Assembly: GCF_006345805.1 (NCBI RefSeq)
Contig: NC_042999.1
Span: 77,190,001-77,254,000 of the forward strand
Length of the DNA stretch: 64,000 nt
Direction: 5' to 3'
Origin: Octopus sinensis
Taxonomy: Eukaryota
Below the pieces are notes generated by a model. It made no database searches. It saw only the letters and a program-made list of their open reading frames with translations, and had not been told where the DNA came from. Positions 11,931 to 24,976 of the stretch are shown piece after piece. Both the position numbers and the translations under genes were made by a program. Each line of letters starts with the position of its first letter. The first letter of the stretch is position 1.

Positions 11931-12799
11931 GAAGGGTACAAGGATTGGATATTTGTAATTGTGTGTCTGTGTGTGCATGTGCATGTATGTGAGATTGCTT
12001 CTTTTTCTTTAAGAGACAGCCTTTTTCAAGGACTCCAAGTATAGTGGGACTAATTGAAGGATTTACCCTCAGGCTGGAGACTGGCCCACATGTTTGCAAA
12101 AGAGTCAACCTTGCTAGAGGCACCCCAGAGTCAGGTGGCAATGTTAAACTTGTCTATGGATTAAGTCTAAAACTGAAAACATGGACAATACTCCTATGAG
12201 CTTCCACACAATTTTCATCCACCAAAATTCACTCACAAGGCTTTGACTGAGCTGAGGCTATGTTAGAAGATGCTTACCCTAGATGCTACACATTGGAAGT
12301 GAATCCCAAACTACATACTTACAAAGTGAACTTATAAATCATACAATCATGGCTACACCCAGAATGTGTCTTGATAATAAATACTTTTTTCATTATATAC
12401 TTGAAAAGGAGTGACTCATAAGGGAAAGGGGAAGAGCTTTTGAATTTTGGAGACTTTCTAAAACTGGGAATTTCTGCAGATTGATGCCTATACGAAAATA
12501 AGAGTAGGGAAAAAATTCTGGTGGGTTGCAGTTATGGAAATTAGGCAAAAATCATTTAGTGTGAGATCTGAGAGTAAGACAGTTGGTAGTGTGCCAAATG
12601 GTTGAAGAGATGGGCTAGGATCATTTTCATTGCTTAGCTCCAGGTTTGCCTGAAGAGAAACCGATGACCAAAGGCATTCCAGTCATTCACATCATTTTAT
12701 ATATACATACATGCATACATACATACATACATACATACATACATACATACATACATACATACATACGTATGCACACACACACACACACACATATATATA

Positions 12800-12980
12800 T
12801 TATGGCTGCCCCCTTGTTATCGAGTATGGCCATTGCATGAAGCTTAACTGTTATTGGTGCTGTGGTCGAATGTGACTTTTTAGCCCAGCTAAAGATCTAC
12901 AATGTCTTGTACAAAATTGGCAACTAAAACCTTTACTGGTAATAGTCAGCTGTAGTTGTAACTGGGCTTCATGTACCTTT
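12800..12980 (-). mobile_element. RTE-type LINE 3' fragment with C2H2-like finger
   Basis: ORF 12851..13033 ends FSCQFCTRHCRSLAGLKSHIRPQH, typical of the finger at the C-terminus of some RTE ORF2 proteins. Confidence 0.5.
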
Positions 12981-13672
12981 GCATATATATATATACTTAA
13001 ACGACATGCAAAGGTATATATATATATATACACACATAAGATACAGATCAGGAAATAATTTTATTCTCAAATGCCGGATAATGCTAATAATATCGCATGA
13101 TCAGGATAAACTATCCATATTTTGCAGAAAAATCTGTTGGAGGCCAGCCATGAGACTCAAACTCACATCCCTGTGATTACATATCAAGTGCTTTACTATT
13201 AAGCTAAACTGCTTGAATGACAAATTCTTTTGTAAATTTAGGATATATAAATCTAGCTTTATAAGACATTATCATATGTTAAATTCAACTTACATTGAAA
13301 GTCAACAACAAAGTTTGCTTTAGAAGCATTGAGATGTATTGAAAGATATATTACCCAATGTGTTCATTATCTAAAACAATGATTTGAGAAATATTTGGTT
13401 GCTATTTGTATCAACCAAATTTCCTGCCTAAGTTAAGCAACTACAAAGAGATTCCTTTGCTAGCTTAAGTTGGCCAGGGAGAGATGAGATGCCGATTATG
13501 AATTAGAAGAGCAGAGGTTGTTGTAAAAGCATTTAAAAAGAGAGAAGGAAGAGTTTATCTGTGATCAGCAGTTGTTTATCCAGTAAAGTGTTAATGAGGG
13601 ATGTTTGTGTGTGTAATAGTAGTGCCTTCCCATTTATGTGAGCAGAATTGAACAATATTCTGATATGTTTTA

Positions 13673-13704
<32 letters not shown>

Positions 13705-13710
<6 letters not shown>

Positions 13711-13967
13711 TATATGAAAGAATGGAATTAGGAATATGCAGCCTTCGAAGCATATGTCGAGAATAAAGGATATTTGTTAACTAGTTGTTCAACTTCATTC
13801 TTTCATATACTTATAATTTTAAAATAAACATACAAATTTCCGCACGAAGACACGTAGTCTATGCCCTAGGGACGTAGCTTCAACCGTGTTCTTTCTGATG
13901 TGAATTTGCTACCCAGGTATCGGTTAGCTTTCGAATTATCCTTTATAAGATAATTCATTCAATTACT

Positions 13968-13970
<3 letters not shown>
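13705..13970. mobile_element. (TA)n-flanked element, probable Penelope-like terminal fragments
   Basis: (TA)n on both sides and a 20-bp inverted repeat. Contains TTCGAAGCATATGTCGAGAATAAA on + and a stem followed by GAAAGCT on -. Confidence 0.45.
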
Positions 13971-14004
<34 letters not shown>

Positions 14005-14289
14005 TCTTGGACATAATGATGTGGTTGTAAGATTTGAACATATGATCATGTGGCCATAAAGCTAGCACCTTGACTTCACAACCACTATACTTCCTTTTTG
14101 TTAATGAAATAAATTGTAAAAATATAATAAGGCAACATTTAAATTATCCATATTTCCATATCCTAACCCTAACCTGTCTCTTTCAATAATATTGAATTTC
14201 ATTAATTACACTTAACAACAGAAGTTTTAAGCCACATTCTTCCTGTTCATGAAAATTACACTGTTAAAATCTTGACAATGCTAAGCTTC

Positions 14290-14790
14290 ACACTTCTTGG
14301 ATGATGCTATTGAAGCTGCATCCTGAAATAAGGTTTCTCTTTTGACCCTAAAAATACTTCGCTTCTGATCAGTTACTTATTTCTTTCAACCTACATTAGA
14401 GTGCTATTCACATATTTGACAAATTGGTGTTGCTGCTATAATATTCAGTACTGCATTAAGAAAAATCCATATTGCTGTTTCACAAAAGTTCATCAATAAC
14501 CTTCTAATTCACAAACCAGCTGTTCCTTCTCTTTACCTCTTTCACTACCACTACAATACCTTCTAATCTTCTAAACAAGCAAGCTGTGTTTCATCTCAGT
14601 TGAATCCCATTCAATGCATTTACCTGTACTCTTTACATTATCCTAATTGTGTTTCATCCTAAAGTCCTGTACTAAACTTTTTTCCAACCATTCCTCCTCA
14701 GAGCTGCAACCTTCTGGAATTCCCTCCCTGTTGACATTTTTCCTACTGAAGTTTAAACCGAATATCAGTATGAGTCTAGAAGGACTTAAA
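14290..14790 (+). mobile_element. Old Jockey/CR1-like LINE RT C-terminal remnant
   Basis: Degenerate KYFASDQLL..YSHIW and LLRAATFWNSLPVDIFP motifs. A similar remnant lies on the minus strand at about 18930-19390. Confidence 0.5.
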
Positions 14791-15018
14791 GTGATTCACA
14801 CGTCATAGAGACTTTTGCTTCTTTCTTGGTTAATCAATAAGAGGGAAAACAGGCATGGCTGCAACCATGTAGTTTCAGGCTCAATTTCACAGCAGAAAAC
14901 CTCAAACAAATACCTTCTACTATTGCACTGATTCAGCCAAAGCCTAGGAAGGAAGTTTTATAGATGGAAATTGAATGGAAACCTATCAGAGCTTTGTGTG
15001 TGTGTGTGTGTGTGTGTA

Positions 15019-16223
15019 CACTATGTGATCAAAAGTATCCAGACACCCCACAAAACATGTTTATCATAGAAGGTGACACAGTAGATTACAGAGGGCATCA
15101 CAGTATTTCCATTTATCATACAGAACACATGGTCAGCAATCTCAGTAGTCAGCAGACAGTGCTAGGCAACAGAATGGGATGCTCTGCAGAACTAACAGAC
15201 TTTTGACATGGTTAGAAGGTCAGGTGCCACTTGTCTAATAAGCCTGTGCACAAGATTTCTACCCTTCTGAACATCCCTAGGTTCATTGTTTCTGATGTAA
15301 TAGTGAAGTGGAAAGATGAAGAGCTGACCTCCCATGTTAAGACAGCTAAGTGTTGAAGAGGGTTGTACAACATAATCGTCTATCACCTCTCACCACTATC
15401 ACACAGGAATTCCAAATTGCATCAGGATCTACTCCAAGCACCATGATTGTTCAGCACAAGGTGTGCAAAGTTGGTTTCCATGGAAGAACAGCTGCCCATA
15501 AGCCACATATCACACAGACAAATGCCCAATGCCACCTTGTAAGAGCATTGAAACTGGACTATAGAACAGTGGAAAACCATTGTGTAGAGTGAGGAATCAC
15601 AATGTGGCAATCCAATAGTAGTGTGTGGGTGTGGTGAATGCCCGGTGAACGATATGCACAAACCTGTATGGTGCTGACTGTGAAATTTGGCGATGGTGGG
15701 GTCGTGTTTCTCCTAGTAAGGGCTTAGTCCCCTTGTTACTTTATATGGCACTGTCACAGTGCAAGCTTACAGTGACATTTTAACCACTCTCATGTTGCCT
15801 ACCATCGAAGACCAGTTCAGGTATGACCTTTGTGTTTTCCAACATGACCAAGTACCCATCCATTCTGCAAGGGTTGTAGGGGAGTGGTTTGACTACAACA
15901 GTGTCCCACTAATGGACTGGCCTGTGCTGAGTCTTGATTTAAATCCCATTGAACAACTCTGAGATGTTTTGAAATGCTGACTTCATGCTAGACCACACTA
16001 ACCCACACCAATACCTTCGCTCATTTCAGTGCTCCATGAAGAATGGGCTGCCATTCCCCAGGAAACTTTCTGCCGCCTAATTGAAAGTATGCCTGTGAGA
16101 GTGGAGGCTGTCATCAAAGCTAAGACTGGGCCAACACCATATTGGCTGCCAGTGTTCCTGATGGAGGATGGTCCAAATTTGTACTTCATTATCAGGTGTC
16201 TGGATACTTTTGATCACATAGTG
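15019..16223 (+). mobile_element. Full-length Tc1 (DD34E) DNA transposon with decayed transposase
   Basis: Perfect 29-bp TIRs CACTATGTGATCAAAAGTATCCAGACACC (15019-15047 / 16195-16223) and TA TSD. Transposase pieces from ATG 15174: MGCSAELTDF.., FQHD-34aa-NPIE, WAAIPQETFCRLIESMPVRVEAVIKAK. Multiple stops and frameshifts. Confidence 0.95.
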
Positions 16224-16235
16224 TATGTGCGTATG

Positions 16236-16780
16236 TATCATCACCGTCTTCGTTTTCGCACTGTGTTATCCATCTATGCCTGAATTGGCTGTATTTCCTC
16301 CAGCACTACTGATAACCACTTCTTGCTGTCCTTTATCATCATCCTGAGGTTTGGCATCCTAATATCTGAACTTTATTACTTCTTCCCATGTCTTCTAAAT
16401 CTTTTATGTATTCCTTCCTCTAGAATTTTTTAGTAAGTCTTTACCTAACTGTCTTTCTCAATATGTATCACACCTTTACCAACTCACTTTTGTTCCTTTC
16501 ATACTGAGTTTTTCTCTCATCACATCTGTACTCCATTGTTCATGCACTCTAATATTAGACATCCAGTGGAACATGCTCACCTCATTTCTATCCTGCCTTC
16601 ACATATCTTCCACAGTCAATGACCATTTTTACTACCATACAAAATTTCACTTCATATGCAAGCATTATTCAATCTGCTCTTTAACTTGAAGAGAGAAACC
16701 TTTTACTGCCATAAGAAATAATAGCTTTCTGAACATTTTCTATCCTGTTCTTATTCTGTCTGTTAAGCTTTTGAAACACT
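16236..16780 (-). mobile_element. Old RTE LINE 3' remnant
   Basis: Minus strand resembles the RTE C-terminus (SMFHWMSNIRVHEQWSTDVMREKL), with a tail-like CATCACCGTC at 16237. Confidence 0.5.
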
Positions 16781-19522
16781 TTTCTCTATAGCAAATTAGT
16801 TTTGCTAGGTAACAGAAGCTACCAATTCTAAGGAGCCTTTCAAGCATTTGAAAGAATTTAGTCATAGATGTTCTTGCTGCTAAATACTCTTGTGTATCTG
16901 CTATTCTCAAATTTCTTTACTCTGTTAGGAAGTCATTCATCAATATTTGTGTAAAAGCTCTCAAAAACCATAATTTCTTGTTATTCTTCTTAGCAACCAC
17001 CAGACAACAGAGTGGCACCTTGTCAAAGACCTCCAGATCAAGAAAGCTAGTGAGTTACTTTTAACAAAGAACTTTTCCTATAGTTGTAGCTGCCTCACCA
17101 GCAGGAGAGCATCAGTCATATTCTTTCAAGACACAAACCCAAACTGCAGCTCATCTAAGCTTTTTATTTAATTCTTTCTGTGATTTTCACAATTTGGTCC
17201 ATCTGTTTGATGCTTTTACAGTTGCTTCTTTCCAAAGCATATCGTTTACCTTTGTAGCAGCCTGTGACGTTTTCTCATAGCAGAACACTGGCAAACCTCA
17301 TAAATTTCAGCTTTTCTTTCTGTTACATATACATAATTTTCTACATACTCTTCTATGCTTGATAGTGCTACCTGCTCCCTTTCTTCTGATCTTTCCAGGA
17401 CTGTCTCTTAGTTTTTATGGCCTTATCTACCATATCATTCCATCACCATGTCACTTTTCTTCTTGCTAGAACTGGTTTCCTTCTATAGAACTACTGTATG
17501 GCTCACAAATTCCTGATTATTCTTTATGTCATAAGTTTCTATCCTCTTCTTATCATCATATGCATCAACTAGTATTTCTTTGTACCTATGTCTTACCAAG
17601 GGATTGTTTAATGTCCATATCTTCCTTCTCCAGATTGTCCAAAGTGTCACTGAGTTTGACTTGCTCTTATTTTGAAGTTTGCTGATCCCTAATTCATGTT
17701 AAGTGACAGATTCTGGGTTAGACTTAATATTCACAACTAATTACTTATTTACTGTGAGTATAAAATCTAACTGGGTTGTGTGTTTGCCTAATTGTTAGGT
17801 AACTGCATGGTTGGTCAGCTAACTTCATGAGATCACTATTGCAAATGATTAGTCCATTTACATCACAAAACTCAAATCTCCAAGAGCTTTGATTCTTCTT
17901 TATTCAATGTACTACATTAGATCAGATTTCATAGTGTTGCACAGTATAATCATTAAGGCACTAATAATGAGGTGGCTATCATTTGTTAGTGAAGCTGTCT
18001 GCAAGAGGATTTCATGAAAATGTCCTTTTCCTCATCTACCTGTCCTGATTGGAATGCATATGCACAGATCACTAACAGATTGGAAAACTGGGTACAGTAT
18101 TAAATCCTGATGTATCTAAGTTTAATTATTGTGTCTCATATTCTGACTACAAGCAATCAAAAATATCTTGTGATATTTGATTTTGACTCAATTGTATCCC
18201 TCTACACCAAGGTCAACTTTGCCACTCCTTCTCATGAGATTTATAGAATAAGTATCTAAGAATTGACTCAATTAATTAGAATACCTTGAAGATAATGCTC
18301 TAAAGACTGAAAGCTGTAAAATAAAATTGAAAAATGTAATAATGCTTGCTTTAGTTTACTCAAATCAGGTAAAATCATGATCTACTTTTGAAACATGTTG
18401 AAAAATAATAAAAGCTGACAGAATTTGAACTCAAAACAAAAAGAGATGAGACTAAATGTTGGTAGATATTTTGTCCAATGCTGTACATATTTTGCCAATC
18501 TATCACTATTCCCATCTCCAAATTGATACTAAGTTGGCAGAAACAGTGGAACTGGTAGTTGCTTTGCTTTTTATTTTACCAAGGCTGATAAAATAAGTAC
18601 CAGTATTATGCTTGGGATCTTTACCTTTCATTCTATTTCTCACCTACAAAAAAATTGGCCTTTTGCAGAGTAACCTCTCTCCACCACCTAGAAATCAATA
18701 ATGATAAGTGTTAAAAAAGATAACAATAGAAGTAACACCAAAATTGGAAGATGATGATGAAATTATTGATGCAGATGCTATTGATGAATCCAGTGCACTG
18801 GCAGCAACCATAACAAAATTATCCTCTATTTTATGTACTACAAAGAAACGAAAAATAAAAAATAAGGTGTTACCATGGTAACTAGGTTCTAAGAATGGAA
18901 TAGATTGCAGTAGTGTGGAGGAGTGGAAGAAGAGAGAAGAGGAGAGATGAGCTATGAAGGCATTAGGTCATTCAGTCAGGTAAACAGATGCATGCAGGCT
19001 GTTCCAAGCAGTAGCTCTGTAGGAAGATGGTGAAGTTGGCAGTGCAGCAAGATAGAAATTAAATGTATAAAAAAACAGAAGGAAAAAGAGGAGGAAGCTT
19101 GCAGGTATATTTTAAGGCAGTGTATGCAGCACAGGAAGAAGTAGTCAGTCAGTCAGTGTTGTTTATGTTACTCAGTAATCTTGGTCAGAGTCGCAGATAG
19201 TTGAGTCATTAAGGTGTCAGGCTAACAATCAAAGAGTTGGCACTTCATATCCTCACCAGCATTGTGATATGTTCTTAACAGAGTCAATTAGCTCTCAACA
19301 GTTCAAGCTCACATACCTGTTGCATAAATAAAGCAAGAAGAGATACAACCCAGAATTGTAAGCTGCAGTAGCACTGTATAATTGACAAATAGTTTATTAG
19401 ATTACTGAACTGATTTCAATTCCTGCTGAGTGATTAATTTTCGCAGTTATATTATGGTGTCTCTATGACCCAATAGATTATGGGACTAACTCTCCAAACA
19501 AATCAGTTTGATTTGAACAGGT

Positions 19523-19748
19523 TTAATCCATTTTTAATCATATTTCTGTTAAAATAGTCTGGTTTTGTCTAAATTAATTTTGGAGATAATGAAACACTTA
19601 GTAAATAACTCATTCATTAAAGTGGGGTTTGAAACATAAATTAACATGGAATTTTGATGGAAAGTTTTTATTTAGGTTACTTTCAAACAGAAAGTTTGTA
19701 TTATGGAACCAGAGGTGATCCTGGATGTGTTGGTATCAAAAGGATTAA
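19523..19748 (-). mobile_element. TTAA-flanked piggyBac-like MITE, family 2 (degenerate)
   Basis: Reverse-complement homologue of 26318-26531, with TTAA at both ends. Confidence 0.55.
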
Positions 19749-20569
19749 AACACAGATGTAGGCAATCAAATGTGATAAATTTTCATATCCTTGACGTTAC
19801 AAATATACATTTCCTATATTGTTACAGTCACAAACATTTAATGGAGGGGCTAAATTAAACTGAATTGATCATCATTTTATTAGTTGTAGTAGGATGAAAG
19901 GCAAATATCGACCCTAGTAGGAAATGAACTTAGATGACAGAAAGATATAACTACATACTATAAAATATGCAGTTAGCTCTACAGCCTTTCTGATACTCCA
20001 CAATTTTTTTCTTGTTACTTAATATAAAACGTCTGTTGAAATGAGTCAGAATAACTATTCTAGCAGAGGTTGTCTTTTATGTATTAAAAGAACAAACTAT
20101 TTTAAGATTAAGGGCTTAAGATGTTAAAATGTCTATTTTAAAAATGGTGGTGAGTTTGTTGAGAGATTTGGTTGTTATATTAAATGTATGTCACTTTACT
20201 GTTCTTCAGGGGATGAAAATCTTTTTAGCAATGCTTTTATTAATTTGTATTATATCCATGACCAAGATACTTAATTGTTCACTAAGTTCACTGACTTAAA
20301 CAGTAACAGTTATTATAAAATTGATTAGTGTTTTACCCTTCTGGAAACAAGCTCAGAAGGATAGATGCACATAGAGTAATCAACCAACTCCTGTAAAAAC
20401 ATACTGTGCAAAGGATGTCAATGACACAAAAAGCTACATCCGAAATTTTTATACACAAAGAAGCAGAGAGATTTCAATTTCTAATGAGTTATTTCACATT
20501 AATTTTACAAAGACATGTAGCTCACACTTCCTATTTCTCCTTTCCTGAAGTATCAGGTCTTTTTTTTGG

Positions 20570-21140
20570 CAGAACCATTAGCATGCCAGATAAAATGCTT
20601 AGTGGCATTTCTTCCAGCTTTTTCTGAGTTCAAATGCTGCTAAGCTCAACTTCACTCTTCATCCTTTCATTGTTGGTAAAATAAGTAGTGTTTGAGAAGT
20701 GGGGTTAATGTAATCAACTTAACTTCTCCCTTAAAATTGCTGGCCCTATGCCAAAATCTGAAATCATTATTATTATTATTATTAAGATGGCAAGCTGACA
20801 TAAATGTTAGCAAGGTAGACAAAATACTTTGAAGCATTTTTCCTGGCTTTACATTCTACTAAGATTGACTTTACCGTTCATCCTTTCAGGGTTCATAAAA
20901 GTACCAGCTGAGCACTGGGGTTGATGTAATGGACTAGCCCCTTTCCTTGAAAATTTCAAGCCTTGTGTCTACAGTAGAAAGAATTATAATAAAGGTGATG
21001 AGGTCATAGAATTATTAATCAGTCAAACAAAATCCTCAGCAGCTTTTCTTCCAGCTCTTTATGTTCGGGGTTCAAATTCTGCCCAGTCAACTTTGCCTTT
21101 CATCCTTTTGGGATCAATAAAATTAAAATGAAATACCAGT
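20570..21140 (+). mobile_element. Three head-to-tail family B SINE copies
   Basis: The GGCAGAA..TTAGCA..AAATGCTTAG..GAGTTCAAAT..CTTTCATCCTTT..AAGTACCAG unit occurs three times. Confidence 0.7.
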
Positions 21141-24029
21141 TGAACATAGTGTAACTAGAAGAGAAGGCAATACAAGTAGAGAAAAAAAATCAGAGTAACA
21201 ATCAGAAAGAAGTGAGGGTATTATAGGGAAACAGAATGATCGGTATGACAAGTATGGAAAAGGGAGAGATTAGTGGAACACTGCTAGGAAGAGTAATGGA
21301 AGAGAAATAGTAATGGCAAAGTGTAAAGAGACACAGCAAATTGCAGACAGTAATGAGAGAGAGAGAGAGATTAATGACAGCTATGTTTGTAAGAGAGCAT
21401 GATGAATGTCAACAGTGAGTGATCTGAAGGAGAATGAGAGGTTAGCTACTAAAGAAAGGGTGATGAAATGAAAAAGTGAATAATGGTAAAATTTGACAAA
21501 ATAATATAGTTTTCTGTCTCTCAAAGACCAGTAAAATAAGCACCAGGCATGTGTAAGAGACCAATTCTATGTATTGTTTGCAAGAAATCCTAATTTGATT
21601 GAGAGTAAGCAGTAAGCTTTTAGCTAGAAAAGTTTATAACTATTAATTTCTATCCAACGTTACTGAATTTCCACTGCTAATAAGAATTTTAAAAATTCAC
21701 AATATCATCAATGTTAGGAATGATTATTTGGTTTCTGAACTCTATCCTATCAATTGTCCATTTTCTATGCTTGCATGGGTTAGACTGGTCTTCTCCAGCA
21801 GTGTCTTGTCATATGTTGAGGTGCATCGTCTCTTTTGTAAAAAAAAAAAAAATCAATATTCTGAAATAAGCTTTCACTACTTCTTCCTGCCAGTTGGATT
21901 ACTTGGTCTTTCTTTACCTAGCTATCATCTTTCATATACATCACAGGTTTGAATCAAGTTGACCACTACACTAGTACATTACACCTAATTTTTCTCTGAA
22001 TTCATTTGTACTCCATCATTCAAACAAAATAACAATTCACACCCAGTGGGTCATGCTCTCCTCATTTTTTTCAGTTTCACTACCATGCAATAATGTATCA
22101 TACAATCTGTCTTTTATTCATAGATAATCCCTTCGTTGTGCCTAGGCACGATAGTTCTATAAACTTTTCTCCACTCCATCTTTACTGTAACTGCCATGCC
22201 TCTGGAACATCTACCTCTGTTACTGATTAGATCATCTAAATTACAAAACAATCAACAACTTCTAGGTTGCCTTCTGGGCATTTCAAAGAATTCCATCGAT
22301 GGAAGCTCTTCTGACTACTCCTGTACATCTGCTACATATAAATTCCTTGTCAGCCTGCCTCTGATCCTATTGTATCACTTGTGCACGTCATTTTGACCAA
22401 ATCCTTTTCTGCATATTGAGCTTCATCACTACCCAGATGGCCTGGAGTCCTGCATTCTTGCTAATTAAGACTGCTCTTAGTAGATTTGCTTTTAGCCCTC
22501 TTGGTTAATTGACCACTTCCATGTTTGAATGTTTTCTCTCATCATTTGATTGATTTAGTTGAGAGTACTGCATCTTAAGTATACAGGAGTTTTCACAGAG
22601 AGCCAGTCTTGAACTTTTCTTCAACCTAGAGAACTATAATAAACATGATGTGGCTGAAAACCAAGATTTGATAAACAGCAATTTGCTTTCTTTACTGAAC
22701 TCTCCCCTTTCTGATCGTAGCCTTACATATGGATTGCATAGCTTTCACAAGTCATTCATCTACACCCAGGTTCCCAAGTGCCTTTCAGACCTCAGATTGT
22801 GGCCATCTCAGAATCAACAAGTGACTTGCTCTTACTTCTGTAGGAGGGAGCAAACCTAAACTGTACCTTTTTTTTAATTAGTTGTTACAACTCTCTTACT
22901 TTTCCATTTTGTCTCTATCGTTACTTCTTTCAAGAGCATCTTCTGTGCCCCTTGTAACAGATGAAATTATTGCTAGTCATTGGAAACACTGATGTACTAC
23001 CTAACTGATCATCTAAATAACTAGCAGGTTCCAACCTCAGTTTATTTTCAGCATCTCAGTGACTATCCTTGATAGCCCTGTTGTTTTCTCAGTTTTCATA
23101 CACTCAATTGTTCTTTCAACATCTTTTCACCATCAACTTCAATAGCTAGTCCTTTTGTAGAGTCTATTCAGTTAGTCCTTATTTCCCTCATATATTCTTC
23201 TCAACCTCTCTTGAGTAGCCTTTGTTAGGGTGATAGGTTAAGACTATCATCCAAGAAGGCTACAGCAGAATTTGAATTTAGAATGCAGAGTTGAAACAAA
23301 TACTGAAAAATTCTCATGATTCTATATCCTAGACTGGTATTTTATAGATCCCAGAAAGACGAAAAGTAAAGCTGACCTCAGTAGGATTTCCTCACAAAAC
23401 ACAAGGAGCCAGACTGCAAGGCAATTTTTCAATGCTAAAATGATTCTGCCAGTAGCTATGAGTTGGAGATATTAGACTACAGTATTGAATTCCCCATTCT
23501 TAAAGTCACTGTAAGGACTTTTAGCATAACTATGGTAAGATATGACACCTTAACAACAGCTACATCCTCCCCCTACTAAGTTTCAAGCTAACCCTCTCTG
23601 CCTTGTACCATGAGACAGCCTCCTCACTAGCCATCATCCCTCCCATCTTTAAGGACTGCATGTTATTTGAAAGATAATAATAAAAATTAAAAAAAAAACA
23701 GCCACTTCAACATCAAGCTGATATATCACAAAAGGAGAAAATTAACATACATTCAGATTAATAACAATTCTAGTAATTGTGGTATGATCAAACACCAATG
23801 CTACACAATCACCACAGTTGTCTCTAGGAGGGCATGTAACCATTAAAAGCTCCTGCTAAAATATCCATCAAACACACATCAACATACACAACATAAACAC
23901 ATACGCAACTGACTTTTTTTTACTTATAATTATGACAATGCATCTTACATAACTGAATTGTTTTTAGCACATGCACTGCAAGCTACATACATAAAATTAT
24001 TGGCTAAAACTTTAATGTCAAAATTTTTG

Positions 24030-24380
24030 TGTGGTAAGTAGCTTGCTTACGAACCACATGGCTCTGGGTTCAGTCCCACTGCATGGCACCGTGGGCAAGT
24101 ATCTTCTACTATAGCCTCGGGCTGACCAAAGCCTTGTGAGTAGATTTTGTAGACGGAAACTGAAAGAAGCCCATCATATATATGTATGTCCCCCCCAACA
24201 TCGCTTGACAACCGATGCTGGTATGTTTACGTCCCCTTAACTTAGCAGTTCAGCAAAAGAGACTGATAGAATAAGTACTAGGCTTACAAAGAATTAGTCC
24301 TGGGGTCGATTTGCTTGACTAAAGGCAATGCTCCAGCATGGCCAGTCAAATGACTGAAACAGGTAAAGGAGTAAAAGAGT
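24030..24380 (+). mobile_element. tRNA-headed SINE, family A
   Basis: GTGGTAAGTAGCTTG..GGGTTCAGTCCCACTG..GGGCAAGT..GACGGAAACTGAAAGAAGCCC..CAAATGACTGAAACA; homologous to 42965-43364. Confidence 0.85.
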
Positions 24381-24749
24381 ATATCATAAACAAATTTGAA
24401 GCAGAGAAAGAGCCACAGAACCACACATCTCTTGCTTGGTAGTCACTAAGAAACAGTAGATATGCAATTCAGATCCTGTCATTGGTCCTTTTCAATCTTC
24501 AATTGGTCCTTCCAATGTTTAATACCCAATTGCTTAACTAGATCTATGACAATGAGGAATTTGAAGATGACAAAGGCTATTTGGGATTCTAATTAAAAGT
24601 AAAATCAGGTGCAAAATTTCACATTTCTAAATAAAAAAATATTAGTTATCTCTAGAGCAGAGGCCTGCAGAAGTAGAGTTGACAGTGACTTCCAAGGGAA
24701 TAAAAACAACAAGTGTTTTACAACTGAACTAAAATGATACTTCATTAAT

Positions 24750-24976
24750 TTAACCCTTTAGTATTTAAACCGGCCATATCCGGCCAAAATAGTTAATCTG
24801 TTTTATATTCAAACTGACCAGATCCAGGCTCTCACACTCACCCTACAATGTTATTCTACATTAAGTAATTACACCATCAACATCTTGAAGATATGAGATA
24901 ATGCATGATTAATTCAAATCAATGTGAATCAATAAGCATTATGTTTGATAGAATAATCTGAACACTAAAGGGTGAA
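24750..24976 (+). mobile_element. TTAA-flanked piggyBac-like MITE, family 1 (219 bp core)
   Basis: TTAA|CCCTTTAGT ... ACTAAAGGG|TGAA; homologues at 47810-48036 and 63231-63459. Confidence 0.85.

Noticed and set aside
18715-18885. Open acidic frame KITIEVTPKLEDDDEIIDADAIDESS..
   Set aside because: No usable splice sites or start codon; looks like a decayed trinucleotide repeat
20338-20391. 54-nt minus-strand AG..GT interval open in two frames
   Set aside because: Short open frames between AG and GT are common by chance; no partner exons or homology
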